Assembly: GCF_006345805.1 (NCBI RefSeq)
Contig: NW_021833023.1
Coordinates: 16,342 to 80,341, forward strand
Source of the DNA: Octopus sinensis
Lineage: Eukaryota
DNA length: 64,000 nt
Direction of reading: 5' to 3'
Positions within the stretch are counted from its first letter, which is position 1. The number at the start of each line of letters is the position of its first letter. The notes under the pieces are model-generated. The model searched no databases. It worked only from the letters and a program-made list of their open reading frames with translations, and was not told the DNA's origin. This document shows, piece after piece, positions 39,973-53,600 of this stretch. The position numbers and the translations under genes were made by a program.

Positions 39973-42445
39973 ATAGTAGATAAAGACAATAGAAAGTGTG
40001 CCAGATAATTGACTTTACAGTCCTAAATGATGAAAAAAATCAATATGAAAGGTATACAAAAAATTGTAAAGTATCAGGACCTAGTCATTGAATTACATAG
40101 ATTATGGAAAGGGTAGGTAAAATGTATCCCTGTAGTTATAGGGGCATTAGGAACTGTCCCTAAATATTTGAGTAGGTAGAGGAAATAGGCATAAAACCTA
40201 GTTTAGTACAGCTCCAGCAAATGGTGTTATTAGGGACTGCCAGGATACTCAAGAGGGTTCTAGGCATCTAAGGTTACTTGTTGTAGCACGATGTTAGGAT
40301 TATTTTCATTTCCAATGGTGTAATCTGTTGTGTGCATATGAAAATAATAATAACAACAACAACAATAATAATAATAATCAGCCACCTTTTATATATGGAT
40401 GACCTAAAACTATTATGCTACAAATGACAAACAGCTGGAAACACTACTAAAGACAGTTCATGGATTCACCGAAGAAATAGATATGAAATTTGGATTAGAA
40501 ATATGCGCCAAAGTAACCCTGAAAAGAGGAAAACTAGTTAAGAGTAGCAACATCACACTAGATAAAGCCAATGAAATAAGAGAATTAGACCAAAGCCAAA
40601 CTTACAAATACTTAGGAATCCATGAACTAGATAAGACAATGCACACAAATGAAAGAAAAAATAAAGAAAGAATACTATAGATGAGTTAGATCAATACTAA
40701 AAACAGAGCTCAATGCTAAAAACAAGATAATAGATATTAACACTTTAACCGTCCCAGTTATAAGTTACAGCTACAATATCCTTAACTGGATGCTAAATGA
40801 ACTAACCAAAATAATAGGAAAACAAGAAAAATAATGACAGGATCTAGGATGCATCACCCAAAATCTGACATAGAAAGGCTATATATACAACGTATAGAAG
40901 GTGGTAGAGGCCTTATAAAGCTGGAAAACTATTTTAAAATAACCACCATAGGACTGCAAAAATATCTACTTCAGAAGGAAGGAAAACTGATACAAATAGC
41001 GGCAAATCATAAGAAAAATAAAAAATTGTTCTCAGTAATTAAAGAAGCTGACAAATGCAAACAAGAAATCATACTACCTAACAAATATGAAGAAGAAGAA
41101 GAAAACATAACAAAAGCTATAAAGCAAATGAAATCAAAACTAAAACTAGAACAGCAACGGACCATGATAAAACGATGGCAAGAAAAGCCCCTTCATGGCA
41201 AGTACTGGATTAAACTAAATGCAAAAGAAATAGACAAAGAAAAATCCCAGCAGTGGATGAGAAGCTCAGGATTGAAAGCAGAGACAGAGGGATTTTTAAT
41301 AGCAGCACAAGACCAAAGCCTCCCCACTAGAAATTACCAAAAACATGTAATGAAAAGAAATATAACAAGTAACTGCAGAATATGTGGAGATGGACAAGAA
41401 ACAATAAATCATATTATCTCTGGCTGCCCAGTCCTGGCTAAGAAGGAATATATTCACAGACATGACAGAGTTGGAACCTACATACACTGGAAGCTATGCC
41501 AACATTATGGAATAACAACAGAAAAAAGATGGTATAGGCACACACTAGAAAAGGTCACAGAAAACGAGAAAGCAACCATACTCTGGGATATGCCAATACA
41601 CACAGATCAAGAAATTAAGGCCAATAGACCAGATATAGTTGTCAGAGATCATGAAGAAAAAAATGCTTTCTAATTGATGTATCAATACCAGCAGATGACA
41701 ACGTGTCTCTAAAAGAAATGGAGAAACTTTCGAAATACAAAGACCTGGAAACAGAGGTAACTAGAATGTGGAATCTAAAAACAGAAACAATTCCTATCAT
41801 AGTAGATGCATTAGGCATGATAAAAAAATATTCAGACAAATGCATAACTAAAACACCAGGACTTACGAACACATATAACATACAGAAAATTGCACTACTA
41901 GGCACTGCACACATCCTACGCAAAACACTTTCAATACAGTAACCATCAGAGCATCACAACAAACCACAGCACATACCCAAGGCACACAGAGCTGCGCTCG
42001 GTAGTGAAGTGAAAGCACGTTATAAAAATAAAACTACTGAATGATAAACGCATACCTTCCATCAGACACCTACCATATTCTGAGTGCCTTGTTTCCCTGG
42101 GCATGGATTCACTGAAGCTCCAGCGTCTGGCGACGGACTTGGTAAACACCCTCAAAGTTATCAACCACCTCACCAACAACAACACTGAACACCTTTTTGA
42201 TCTCCATGTGTCTAACACACGTGGACATGCCTACAAAGTCAGAAAACAACACAGCTCCCATGACTTTCGGAAACATTTTTTCACGCTCAGAGTTGCTGAA
42301 GCATGGACTAAACTGCCTGCGTCAGTTGTTGACTGCCATGACACTGCATCCTTTAAGGCCCTCATGCTTTCCGAAATCCGCCGAAACTACACCTGATTAT
42401 ACATACACTTTAGATGAGTTGTAGTGCACCTGAGCACTGTACACA

Positions 42446-42487
<42 letters not shown>

Positions 42488-45400
42488 ATAATAATAATAT
42501 AAAGAGATGCTCATTGAAATTGGAAAATGTGGTATATCAATGTGATTATGAAGCCAGTGATTGTAAGAAGATTTGGACTGATCAAAAAAGAAACTGAAAA
42601 TTATGTTACGTACTGAGTAGAAAATTGTTGATGTGAGAACGATAACCACCATCACCACCACCATCATCATCATCATCATTTAACATCTGCTTTCTATGCT
42701 GGCATGAGTTGAATGCTTTGACTGAAAACTTGGTAAGCTGGGTGAGATGGTGGGGGAGGCACACAAGGCTCCAGTCTGATCTGGCTTGGTTCCTACAGCT
42801 GGATGCCCTTCCTATCATTAACCACTTCAAGAGTGTTGCGAGTGCTTTTTACGTGCCACTGGCATGGATGCCATTGACCTCACACCAGCATCAGCCATGA
42901 CTACCGTCTCACTTGGCTTGACAAATCAACACAAGTATGGTACATCGCCAAGGGTCTTGGTTACCTGTCACTGCCTCCATGAGGCCAAACACTCGAACAG
43001 TACTTTTGACATGCCGTCAGGATGGGTGCCAGTCAGACAGCACTAGCATCGGCCATGACATTACTCGTTTCAACAGGTCTTCATGAGTACAGCATATCAT
43101 CCAAAGATTGAAGGGTGCTTTTAATGGGCCACTTTATGCGACACAGGCATCAGCCACAAGTATGATCTCACTTGGCTTTTTTTTTCTTTAGAGGTTTCTT
43201 AAGCACTGTCTTGGTCGCTTGTCATTGCCTCTGTGGGGCCCAACAGTCAAAGAGCGTACTTCACCACCTCATTCTATGCCTTCCTAGGTCTAACCTTCCA
43301 CCACTAGATTGTAACACTTGTTCACACATCTGTCCTCATCCATACGCATCACACGGCCATACAAGCACAGTCGTGTCTCTTGCGCACCACATCTGATGCT
43401 TCTTATATCCAACTTTTCTCTCAGGATGCTGATACTTTGTCATGCATGCACACTAACATTACACATCCAGTGAAGCATACTAGCTTCATTTCTTTCAAGC
43501 CTATGCAAGTCCTCAGCACTCACAGTCCATGTTTCACTGCCGTGTACTATAGCTGTTTGTATACAGGCATCATACAGTCTGCCTTTCACTCTGAGTGAGA
43601 GGACCTTTGTTACCAGTAAAGGAAGGAGCACTCTGAACTTTGCCCAGCCTATTCGTATTCTAGCAGCTATCGTCTCAGAGCATCCAGCTCTGCAACTGAC
43701 TTGATCACCTAGGCAATGGAAGCTATTGACTACTTCCAGTTTTCTCCACTGGCATGTGATGGAATCTATTTCCTGTTCATGTTTGGTGCTTATTGTACCT
43801 GTCCACTTTCCACACACAAAACCTATCTTCCCAGTTAACCTTCCTCTGCTGAACCATTTATGTTTCCAAAACTTACACCAAGTGCATTTTACAGAGTTAC
43901 TACCTACACCTTTTCTATAGATTGAGCAGGGTCATCTACCTGAAGAGATTTGTGATTTATCTACCTTCCTATTTACTAAGACTTTGGTTTTTTCCAGGTT
44001 AACTCTAAGGCCCTTCAATTCTAGACCGTGCTTCCATACCTGGAACGTCTTCTCTAGTTCTGGTAGTGACTCAGCTATAAGAGCAAGGTCATCAGCATAG
44101 AGGAGCTCCCAGGAGCAGCCTGTCTTGAATTCCTCTGTTATTGCCTGGAAGTCTATAATGAACAAGAAGAGGCTGAGGACTGATTCTTGGTGAATCCCTA
44201 CTTGTACCCTGAATTCTTTGCTATACTTGTTGCCGACCCTCACCTTACTGACAACATCTTTGTACATGGCTTGTACAACTTTCACTAACAACTCGCCTAT
44301 CCCTAGTTTCTGCATTAACCCCAGATAAGGAATTGGAGGACCCTGTCAAAAGCTTTCTCCATGCCAACAAAAGCCGAGTACAGAGGTTTATCTTTGGCTG
44401 GGAGTTTCTCCTGCAGTTATCTTACCAGAAATATAGCATCAGTGGTGCTTCCTCCCTGGCACAAACCCAAACTGCACTTCATCTAAACTAATTCCCTCCC
44501 TAATTAGTTGGGCTATGACCCTCTCCGTGGCTTTCATCACCTGATCCAACAATTTGATACCTCTGTAATTATTCGTATCTAATGCATCACCTTTACCTTT
44601 GTGGCAGTCGACTTGGTACTGCTACGTCAGTCATTGAGTATGACTTCTTCATGTACCACCTCATTGACTATAGGGGTGTCTAGACCATAGCCTACACAGC
44701 CAGATATTTTAAGTATCTCAAGAATTATTCCTGATGGGCAGGGGGCTTTCCCTGTCTTCAGATCCTTAATTGCTTTATCTACCAAGGTACTGTCAATTTG
44801 GATAGCTGATCCTTCAGTCTGGTCGACATTTGGCAGACTCTCTTTCTCCCATTCATTCTCTTCTTTTAGCAACCTTTCATAGTGGTATCTTTTTCTTTGC
44901 AGAATCATTAAAAGCATGTGCACCATCACCCATGCAGACACATTTCTCTCCTATGACATCATGATTCTCTCTCACACACTATCTTGCAATTCAAAACACT
45001 TCAAGTCTCTGATCCTCCAAATGCAGAATGTTTGTAAATCTATTCTTTTCTACTTCCCCTCTGGCTATGTAAACTTGTCTCCAAGCTTCCCTTCTGGCAA
45101 TCTGATACAATTCCCTGCTACCACTACAATTCCAATCCTTCCAGACCTGTAAATTACATTGTTCCATTACTATGTTTCCTTAGGTCAACTGGGGACTTTG
45201 TACCAACCACAGATCTGGTCAGTAACCCTCAACAGGTTATCCTGTAGGAACCTCCAGTTGTCTTCCACATTATGTGATGCTATGGTCTCTTCTTTTTCAT
45301 CTGTCCACTCACAAAATCCTTAAGCTTCCAGACCCTTCCTTGCTATCTTCTGGGCAGCCATTTAGCCCTGATCCTGAACACAATAACCACTAACCTATTT

Positions 45401-48400
45401 TGTGGGGTGATTTTCTTCACCTGGGAAAATTTTGGCATTTATGAGCAGCCATCTTTCCTGTTTCCTAGAGAGAATGTTGTCAATCTGACTAGTGTGCCCA
45501 CCAGTCTGATAGGCGAACAGGTGACTGGCAGGTTTCCTGAAGTTTGAATTACAAATTTTGCTTTCTACAAAAATTCATTTGATTTTGTAAATGAACAAGC
45601 TGGTGTCATCATCATTGTCATTTAACATCTGCTTTCCATGATGGCATGGGTTGGATGGTTTGAATGAGGACTGGTGAGCTAGAGGCTGCACCAGGCTCAA
45701 TCTGGTCTGGCAAAGTTTCTATAGCTGGATGCCCTTCCTAATGCCAACCACACCGAGAGTATAGTGGGTGCTTTTTATGTGCCACCGGCACGAAGGCCAG
45801 TTAGGTGGTTCTGGCAACGACCACGCTCATGCTCAAAAGGTGTTTTTATGTGCTTCCTGCATGGGAACCAGTCCAGAAGCACTGACAATGGCCACGCTCA
45901 AATGTTGGTTTTCATGTGCTACCAGCACATGTGCCGTTAAGGCGATACTGGCAATGATCATGCTTGAATGGTGCTTTTCACTGGCATGGGAGCCAATCCG
46001 TGGTCGTGGCAACGATCACGCTCAGATGTGCTTTCAATGTTCCACTGGCACCAGTGCTAATCAGTCGGTACTGTCCTCAACCACGTCAGTGATTTTGATT
46101 TGTTTTCATTTACCTCAATAGGTCTTCACAAGCAAAGTTCATTGTCCAAGGAATGAGGGGTACTCATGAGTGGCCCAGTTACATCCCACACTCGGATGTG
46201 CTTTTAACATTCCACTGGCATGAGTGCCAATTAGGTGGTACTGTCGTTGGACATGTCAGCAATTTTGATTTTGATTTCACTCACCTTTGTAGGTCTTCAC
46301 AAGCAAGGTTTATTGTCCAATGAATGAGGGGTATTCATAAATGGACTGGTTACACCCACTGGCATAGGCCATGGGGTATGGTATGGTCTCACTTGGCTTG
46401 CCGGATCTTCTCAAGAACAGTATGTCTCCAAAAGTCACGGTCACTAGTCATTGCCTCAGTAAGGCCCAATGTTCGAAGGTTGTGCCTCACCAGCTCATTC
46501 CAGGATTTCCTGAGTCTACCTCTTCCACAGGTTCCCTCAACTGCTAGGGTGTAACACTTTTTCACACAGCTGTCCTCATTCATTTGCAACACATGACCAT
46601 ACCAGCACAGTCGTCTCTCTTGCTCACCACATCTGGTGCTTCTTAAATCCATCTTTTCTCCCAGGGTGCTTACACTCTGTTGTGTATGCACACTGACATT
46701 ACACATCCAGTGGAACATACTGGTTTCATTCCTTGCAAGCTTACTCATGTCCTCTTGCTTATCTATGTACACAGTGAGTTTTTTGCTCTAGGTGTCATGA
46801 AGACACCCAACAAGAAGTAGAAACAAACTTGAAAGAAAAACAAAAAATAATAATAAATAATAGGCAGTAACTTTCATGGCTTGTGGTCTTAACTGAATGA
46901 AGTGTTATCCTGTGCATGTTTTGTCTTGATATAAAAGATGGGCAACAGCAAATATTCTGCTCACTATCACAGATTTGCTTGTAAATTGTTTGACCGTAAC
47001 CAGTTGAGCATGTCCTTTAGTGGGTGACGATATGTGCATCTCTGATCACGAGCTGAATTAGTGGGGGAGCATCATAGCCATGTGTTGAGAGGAATTCTTT
47101 GGGGTTTGAATAATTCACTTTTGGAAATATGGGTGTTTCGTTTTACATCCTTAAACAACCCTTATTCAGGGACCTTTTGAGCCGGATGGGCTAGTCGATC
47201 TGAAGAAAATTCTAACTGGGCCCCACCTGCAAGTCATGTGCTGTTTATCTTGATATAAGGTCACCATGTTATGCACATACAGTTGTGATGCATGTGACTG
47301 TTGTACCCTTATCAGATGGGCAGTCATGATGGGTATACTGGGCTTCATATATTTTACCCCAGTATCACTTTGATGGCATGCACTGCTCTTTCACTTAATA
47401 ATAGTAATAATAATAATAATACATTCATACTGAAAAACGAGATCAAGCAAGCTTTTACTCTTTTGCTCAATATGTGGTTTCTGTCCATGCTGGGAAACCA
47501 ACAATCTATGGGACCCAAAACACTGTGTTGGCATCAACTGCCCACATTCTCAGTTTTTTCCCTCCATTATGTAACTTAGGTCTCTAGTTGAAACCTGGTT
47601 GGAAATTGAAAATAAAATGCAATTCAATCAGAAAATGATGACAATAATAAATAAACAAGCGAATAAATAAAAACTCTGTAATATTGTGGATAACTTACTC
47701 GAGATTCTGTTAAATTTGTATCAAATGGTATTTCCTCAGTGGTCAACAGAGAAAGGTATTCTTTTTTAACAGTTTCTATAGCATTGTCAAGATTTTGGTA
47801 TTTAGCAAAGAATTTCAAGGTGACACCATCATCGTGTTGACCAGTAGAGACATTATCTTCTATTTCTTCATCTTCGTCATCTTCATCATCTGAAATAAAA
47901 GAAATATTCATTTTGTCAAAGAAAAATAACCAAGCAATCAGCAGAAGACTTCTTGTGTTGACACTTCAACATTCAATATTAATTCTAGTGTTCTTTGCTT
48001 TTCTGTTTAGCGAAGAGGTGTCAATTCCTGAGATAATGAAGTTAACCTGAAAAAGACTATCATCTTATCCCTGTGGGGAGTGATATCAACTGCTCTTTAA
48101 TTATTGCTATACATCACCATCAAGTACCTATGTACATATTTACAATATGACTATTTCAGACCACTGCTACCATCCTGGGACTCTGCATAGTGAATGATAT
48201 CGAGTGTTGTTAAAATTATTTCTTCTTTGTTTGTATTCAAATTTCAAATCTCTCTAATTCATCATCATCATCATCATCATCATCATTGTCGTCATCATCG
48301 TCATCATCGTTGTCATCATCATCATAGTTGTCATCATCATCATCGTCATCATCATCATCATCGTCATCCTTATCATCATCATTGTCATTTAAAGTCCATT

Positions 48401-50579
48401 GTCCATGCTGGTATAGATTGGATAGCTTGACCAGGGCAGATAAGCTGAGGGGCTGTAACAGAGTCCATTCTGATTTTTCTATAGCTGGATGCCCTTCTTA
48501 ACGCCAACCACTCTGGGAGTGTAATGGGTGCTTTTACATACCACTGGCATGGGTGCCATTTGTGTGACACCAGTATCTGCCATGACTATGATTTCACTCA
48601 GCATGATGGGTCTTCTCAAGTATGGCATATGGTCAAGGGCCTCAGTCATTTGTCATTGCTGCATTGAGGCCCAACACTCAGAACGTGATTTTTACATGCT
48701 GACAGTAAAGGTCATGCCCTTGTCTCCTGTCTTCTTGGGTCTACCTCTACCACAAGAGCCATGACTGCTGAAAACATGTGTAGGCTTGAAAGAGACGGGG
48801 TTAGTATGATCCGCTGGATGTATAATGTCAGTGTCCATACACAACAGAGTGTGAGCACCCTGAGAGAAAAGAAGCATCAAATGTAGTGTGCAAGAGAGGT
48901 GTCTATGTTGGCACAGTCATGTGTTACGTATGGATGAGGACAACTGCATGAGGAAGTGCCACACCCTAACTGTGTAAGGAACCTGTAGAAGAGGTAGACC
49001 CAGGAGGACATGAGATGAGGTGGTGAAGCATGACCTTCAAACATTGGGCCTCACAGAGGCAATGACAGGAAACCGAGACCTTTGGAGATATGCTGTGATT
49101 GAGAAGACCTGACAACTAAAGTGAGATCACAGCCATGGCCAATGCCAATGTTGCATGCCTGGCCCATTTAAGAGTACCTTTGATGTGTCGGGCGATATGA
49201 TATGCTCAAGAAAACCTGTTGAGTCAAGTAAAACCAAAATCATAGCTGTGGCCAGTGCCCCTTAACTGGCTCCCGTTCTGGTGGCATGTAAAATGCATCA
49301 TTGGGTTTCAGTTGCACAAGTTCTCCTTGATTGTCTTGAGAACGATGAAAACTTTTTGAAAACAGTCATAACAAGTGATAACTCGTGAGTTTATGGCTAT
49401 GACCTTGAAACAAAGGCTCTGTCTTTGCAGAAGAAGACCCTCAACCTCTCTGAGACCAAAGAAAGCATGACTTGAAGCAATGTGAAGACACTGTTGACCG
49501 TTTCCTTTGACTACAAGGCGATTTGTTCATCATGAGTATGCTCCATCTGGTCAGACAGTAAACAAGGAGTACTTCTGTGACATTTTGTAGCATTTGCCAG
49601 ATGCTATTCATTGGAAAAGGCCACAGTTGGATGCATCTGGTGAGTGGTAATTGCACCATGACAATGCACCTGCCCATTCAGTGCAGTTTGTGCAACAGTT
49701 TTTGGCTAGGCACAGGATTCTCAAGGTCTGGCAGCCACGGTATTTCCCAGATCTCGCCCCTTCTGACTTTTTCCTCTTACCAAAAATCATTTGAAAGGAA
49801 GGTTTCAGGATGTCAAAGAAATCAAAGTGAATGCAAGAAGGCTGCTACTGATTATCCCAGAAAACGAGTTCCAGGAATGCATCCATCACTGGAAACAGTG
49901 CTGGATTAAGTGTGTGACTTCTGAAGGGGATTATTTTGAAGAAGATTAAATGCCAAATTGGTATGTATTGCAGTTTTGTTTTTATAGCCCCAGTCCGGAT
50001 ACTTATTGATCAGAACTCGTACAATCGTATTGTATAATACCTAACATGCATTTTAGTTCAGACATGTACAAATAATTCATTATGCACTGAAATTATAAAT
50101 ACACCCCAAAAGGTTGACAAGTAATTAAATATATATTCACTTCTCATGCCTTCTGATTTTTTATGGTTTATATATATGTATATATATATATACTGTTGTG
50201 TCTGGGTATGTGCCTTATAATCCGAAAGCGAAATCCAAGAACGAAATATATATATATGTATGTATGTATCCCCATGGTGGCATGTAAAAAGCACCATCTA
50301 AACATGGCCAATGCTAGTGCCACCTTGACTGGCTCCCATGCCAGTGGCACATAAAAAGCACCATCTGAACATGGTCAATGCCAGCTCCTCAGGCCCCTGT
50401 GGTGGTGGCATGTAAAAAGCACTTACTACACTCTCGGAGTGGTTGGTGTTAGGAAGGGCATCGAGCTGAAGAAACACTGCCAGATCAGATTGAGGCCTGG
50501 TGCAGCCTCCTGGCTTGCCAGAACCCAGTCGAACCGTCCAACCCATGCTAGCGTGGAAAACGGACGTTAAACGATGATG

Positions 50580-50611
<32 letters not shown>

Positions 50612-53600
50612 GATCATCCCATAAGTAATGTGATTTCTTTCATTTGCATGAACCAAAGTTAGAGGGGTATGGGATAAACTACCTGCATTAACTTGCTATC
50701 AAAGCAGGTAGTAATTTTACCTTTTACTTATTCTTAGTGCAAGTTTTGAAGAGTGCAGTTCGATTTTAACAGTTATTTTTTCAAAGCTATAATGACAGAG
50801 GCAAAGGAGCATATTCGCCATATTTTGCTTTATGAGTTCAATAAAGGCAACAACACAATGGAAAGTGCAAGAAATATTGATGCAGTGGAAAATAATGTCA
50901 GAAGTGATGCTGTTGAGAATGATGAATGGATGTCAAATGAAGTGGTTTCAAGAGAAGGATAACTGGTAGCACTAAGCAGGTATAAAATATGTGCAGACTT
51001 TTGTTACTAACAGAAGTAGAAGGTCTCTGAACATTCTCAAGCTGGTTTTTTTTCTAGCAACTATACTTTCAGTACATCCACCTCCACTGCTAATTAATCT
51101 ACCTAAAGAGCAGAAGCAATCTGCTACCTCTAGGTACACTGTATGGAATTTCTACATACACCTTTTCTATATATTGAAGCGACTACAGTCCTGTCTGTTT
51201 GCCTACTTTGGTCTTTGCTAAGTTGACTCAGAGGCCCTTTCACATTATGCAACAAACACAATAACAATTCAACATAAACAAGGAATAATATATAAACATA
51301 TATGAAACACAATAATTTAAGCAAAATATAATTTAATTCAAAGACCTGGAAAGCATTTAAGGAAAGCAACCCATGTGGAGGGGGAAATCAACTTAGCTAA
51401 GTCGAACCAGAAAGTTGAACCAGAATATCCCAACAATATTGACTTTCTGCCACTCATTCAAACTGCTATATTCAAAGGTGCAGGACAAAAAGATAAGGTG
51501 GTGTTCTGGCAGAACTGTTAGCATGCTGGGTGAAATGCGTAGCCATATTTCGTCTGCCGTTACATTCTGAGTTCAAATTCAGCCGAGGTCAACTTTGCCT
51601 GTCATCCTTTCGGGGTTGATAAATTAAGTACCAGTTACGCACTGGGGTCGATGTAATCGACTTAAACCATTTGTCTGTCCTTGTTTGTCCTCTCTGTGTT
51701 TAGCCCCTTGCGGGTAGTAAAGAAACATATATTCAAAGGTACAACTGGACAAATTTACTATTATCCCAAGGATGAAATATTCCACATCCTCTACAAAATT
51801 GCACATTAGTGGTTCATGGATAGCTCATGTGATTCTTTTGCTAGTGTTCTCTTGTATGGGTGTTGCACAAAATCAGAGCAGAGTCCATCTCCTCTTCATT
51901 CAACTTGCGGATGCTTAATTTTGTCTTCTTTTGGTGCACATGATGGCTCCATCAGTTCTTCTTTTGTTTCACAAAGAACTGTGAACTTCAATTGAGTGAA
52001 TCTGGGGTGTGAGGGTGGTGGTGGTGGTGGTGGTGGATTCTCCTTATATGTTTCTCTTGTCTGTACTGTGTCTCCTTGTCACATCTCTTCTGGAAACTTG
52101 GTGCATCCAAAGGCACCCACAAGTATTTCTAAGGTTGTATGTGACATGTCGTACCCCACATCATTTGGGTAATTAGTTTTAAGTTGTCACAGTTAATTAT
52201 TGTAGTCTTTACGGTTAAGCGTGACATGAGGCTCAGCCTTCCAGCAGTAGAATTATTGCTTTGTGTTCTGAACACATCATGGGTCATGGCCTTAGAATGG
52301 ACTTGAGGTTTTCATGGCCCATTAGGATTTATAAATTTATACTGACCCTTCCTGAGTAAGGTTACCTTTGCACTCTCTACTAACCCTATAAAGGTGACAA
52401 CAGACGAGGGATCAAGGTCACTGTTGATGCTGTCATTGCTGTCGCTTTTGTGTCCCATTTGACAATGCAATGCATTAAGGGCCCATGAGTGAATGTTTTT
52501 TGCCCTCTTTCTACCTGCTCTCATGTCTCACCATTGGTCTTGAAGGTCAGGCAAATGGCAGCATAAGCTTTCTTCTGGTCAATGAATAAAATGTTGTTTC
52601 ATACATTGGCTAATGCCTCTTTTAGTCATTGTTTTAAGGGCATGCAGAAAGCCCTTTCCTTTTTGTAAGGTAGAGGTACACTATCTTCTACCTTGCCCAC
52701 CACTCCTGAATAAGTTTTTCTCATAAGGAAACAAAATCACTTGTGACACAATTTTTCCCATTCTCAGACCAAAACTTGTCCGTATTTAGAAGTTGTTATT
52801 CTCACTATTAGCATTTTAATTGAGACCCTTTCTGTGTCCTGACACAACCTATGCCAGATGTTAAACGATGCTGATGATTTCTTTGATTTCTTCTCAAAAA
52901 TCTTTTTTTTTAACTACAAATATCTCTTTTTTTCTTTATTTGCCTATTTTTTAAATATAATTTTAGAGGTGTTGTTCTTTGGATTTGTTGTTATTGTTGA
53001 GTACAAAACATGTCAAATTCAAAATGTTTAAAAACATACGAGGGTGAATCAAAAACTAATACCATTTATTGGGCTTCATATATTTGTACCCCAATGTCAA
53101 TTTGATGGCATGTGCTCCTCTCTAACTCAATAATAATGATGATGATGATGATGATGATGATGATGGTGATCAGAAAAACTGTCCCTAGTTTCTTCCTAAA
53201 TGATATTTAATATAAGAAAAAAGAAACAATTTACCTGATGTTACAGCTGAGCCATCTGCTGACATTTGTTGGAAATATTCTTTAAATTTCTGTTAAAAGT
53301 AAGCAAATAATTTATCATTACTCAATGAGAAAATAATTAATTTCTGCTAATTACAATGCAATGTTTTAACTCATTGTTTCTATCACAAATATTGTTTTAA
53401 ATTAATATTTCCATTTATTGTATCATAGAATAACTTCCTATGATGGACAGGCTTTTGAATATTCTGTAGTTTGGGGAGGAATTTTTACTTACAGAATAAA
53501 AAGAAATGAAATTTGCTTGTTTAAGTGACTGTAAAAAATTATTCACGGAATTGAATTTGGTATCAAGATTCCATGTTGTGTCCAAACACCAGCTCAATAA

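Noticed and set aside
47930-48046. Possible extra exon after a good acceptor (ctttttcag near 48047)
   Set aside because: Stops in all three frames before a plausible donor, and the flanking exons already join in phase.
51240-52520. Degenerate coding-like stretch on the minus strand
   Set aside because: No recognisable motif in any frame; cannot assign it to a gene or TE family.
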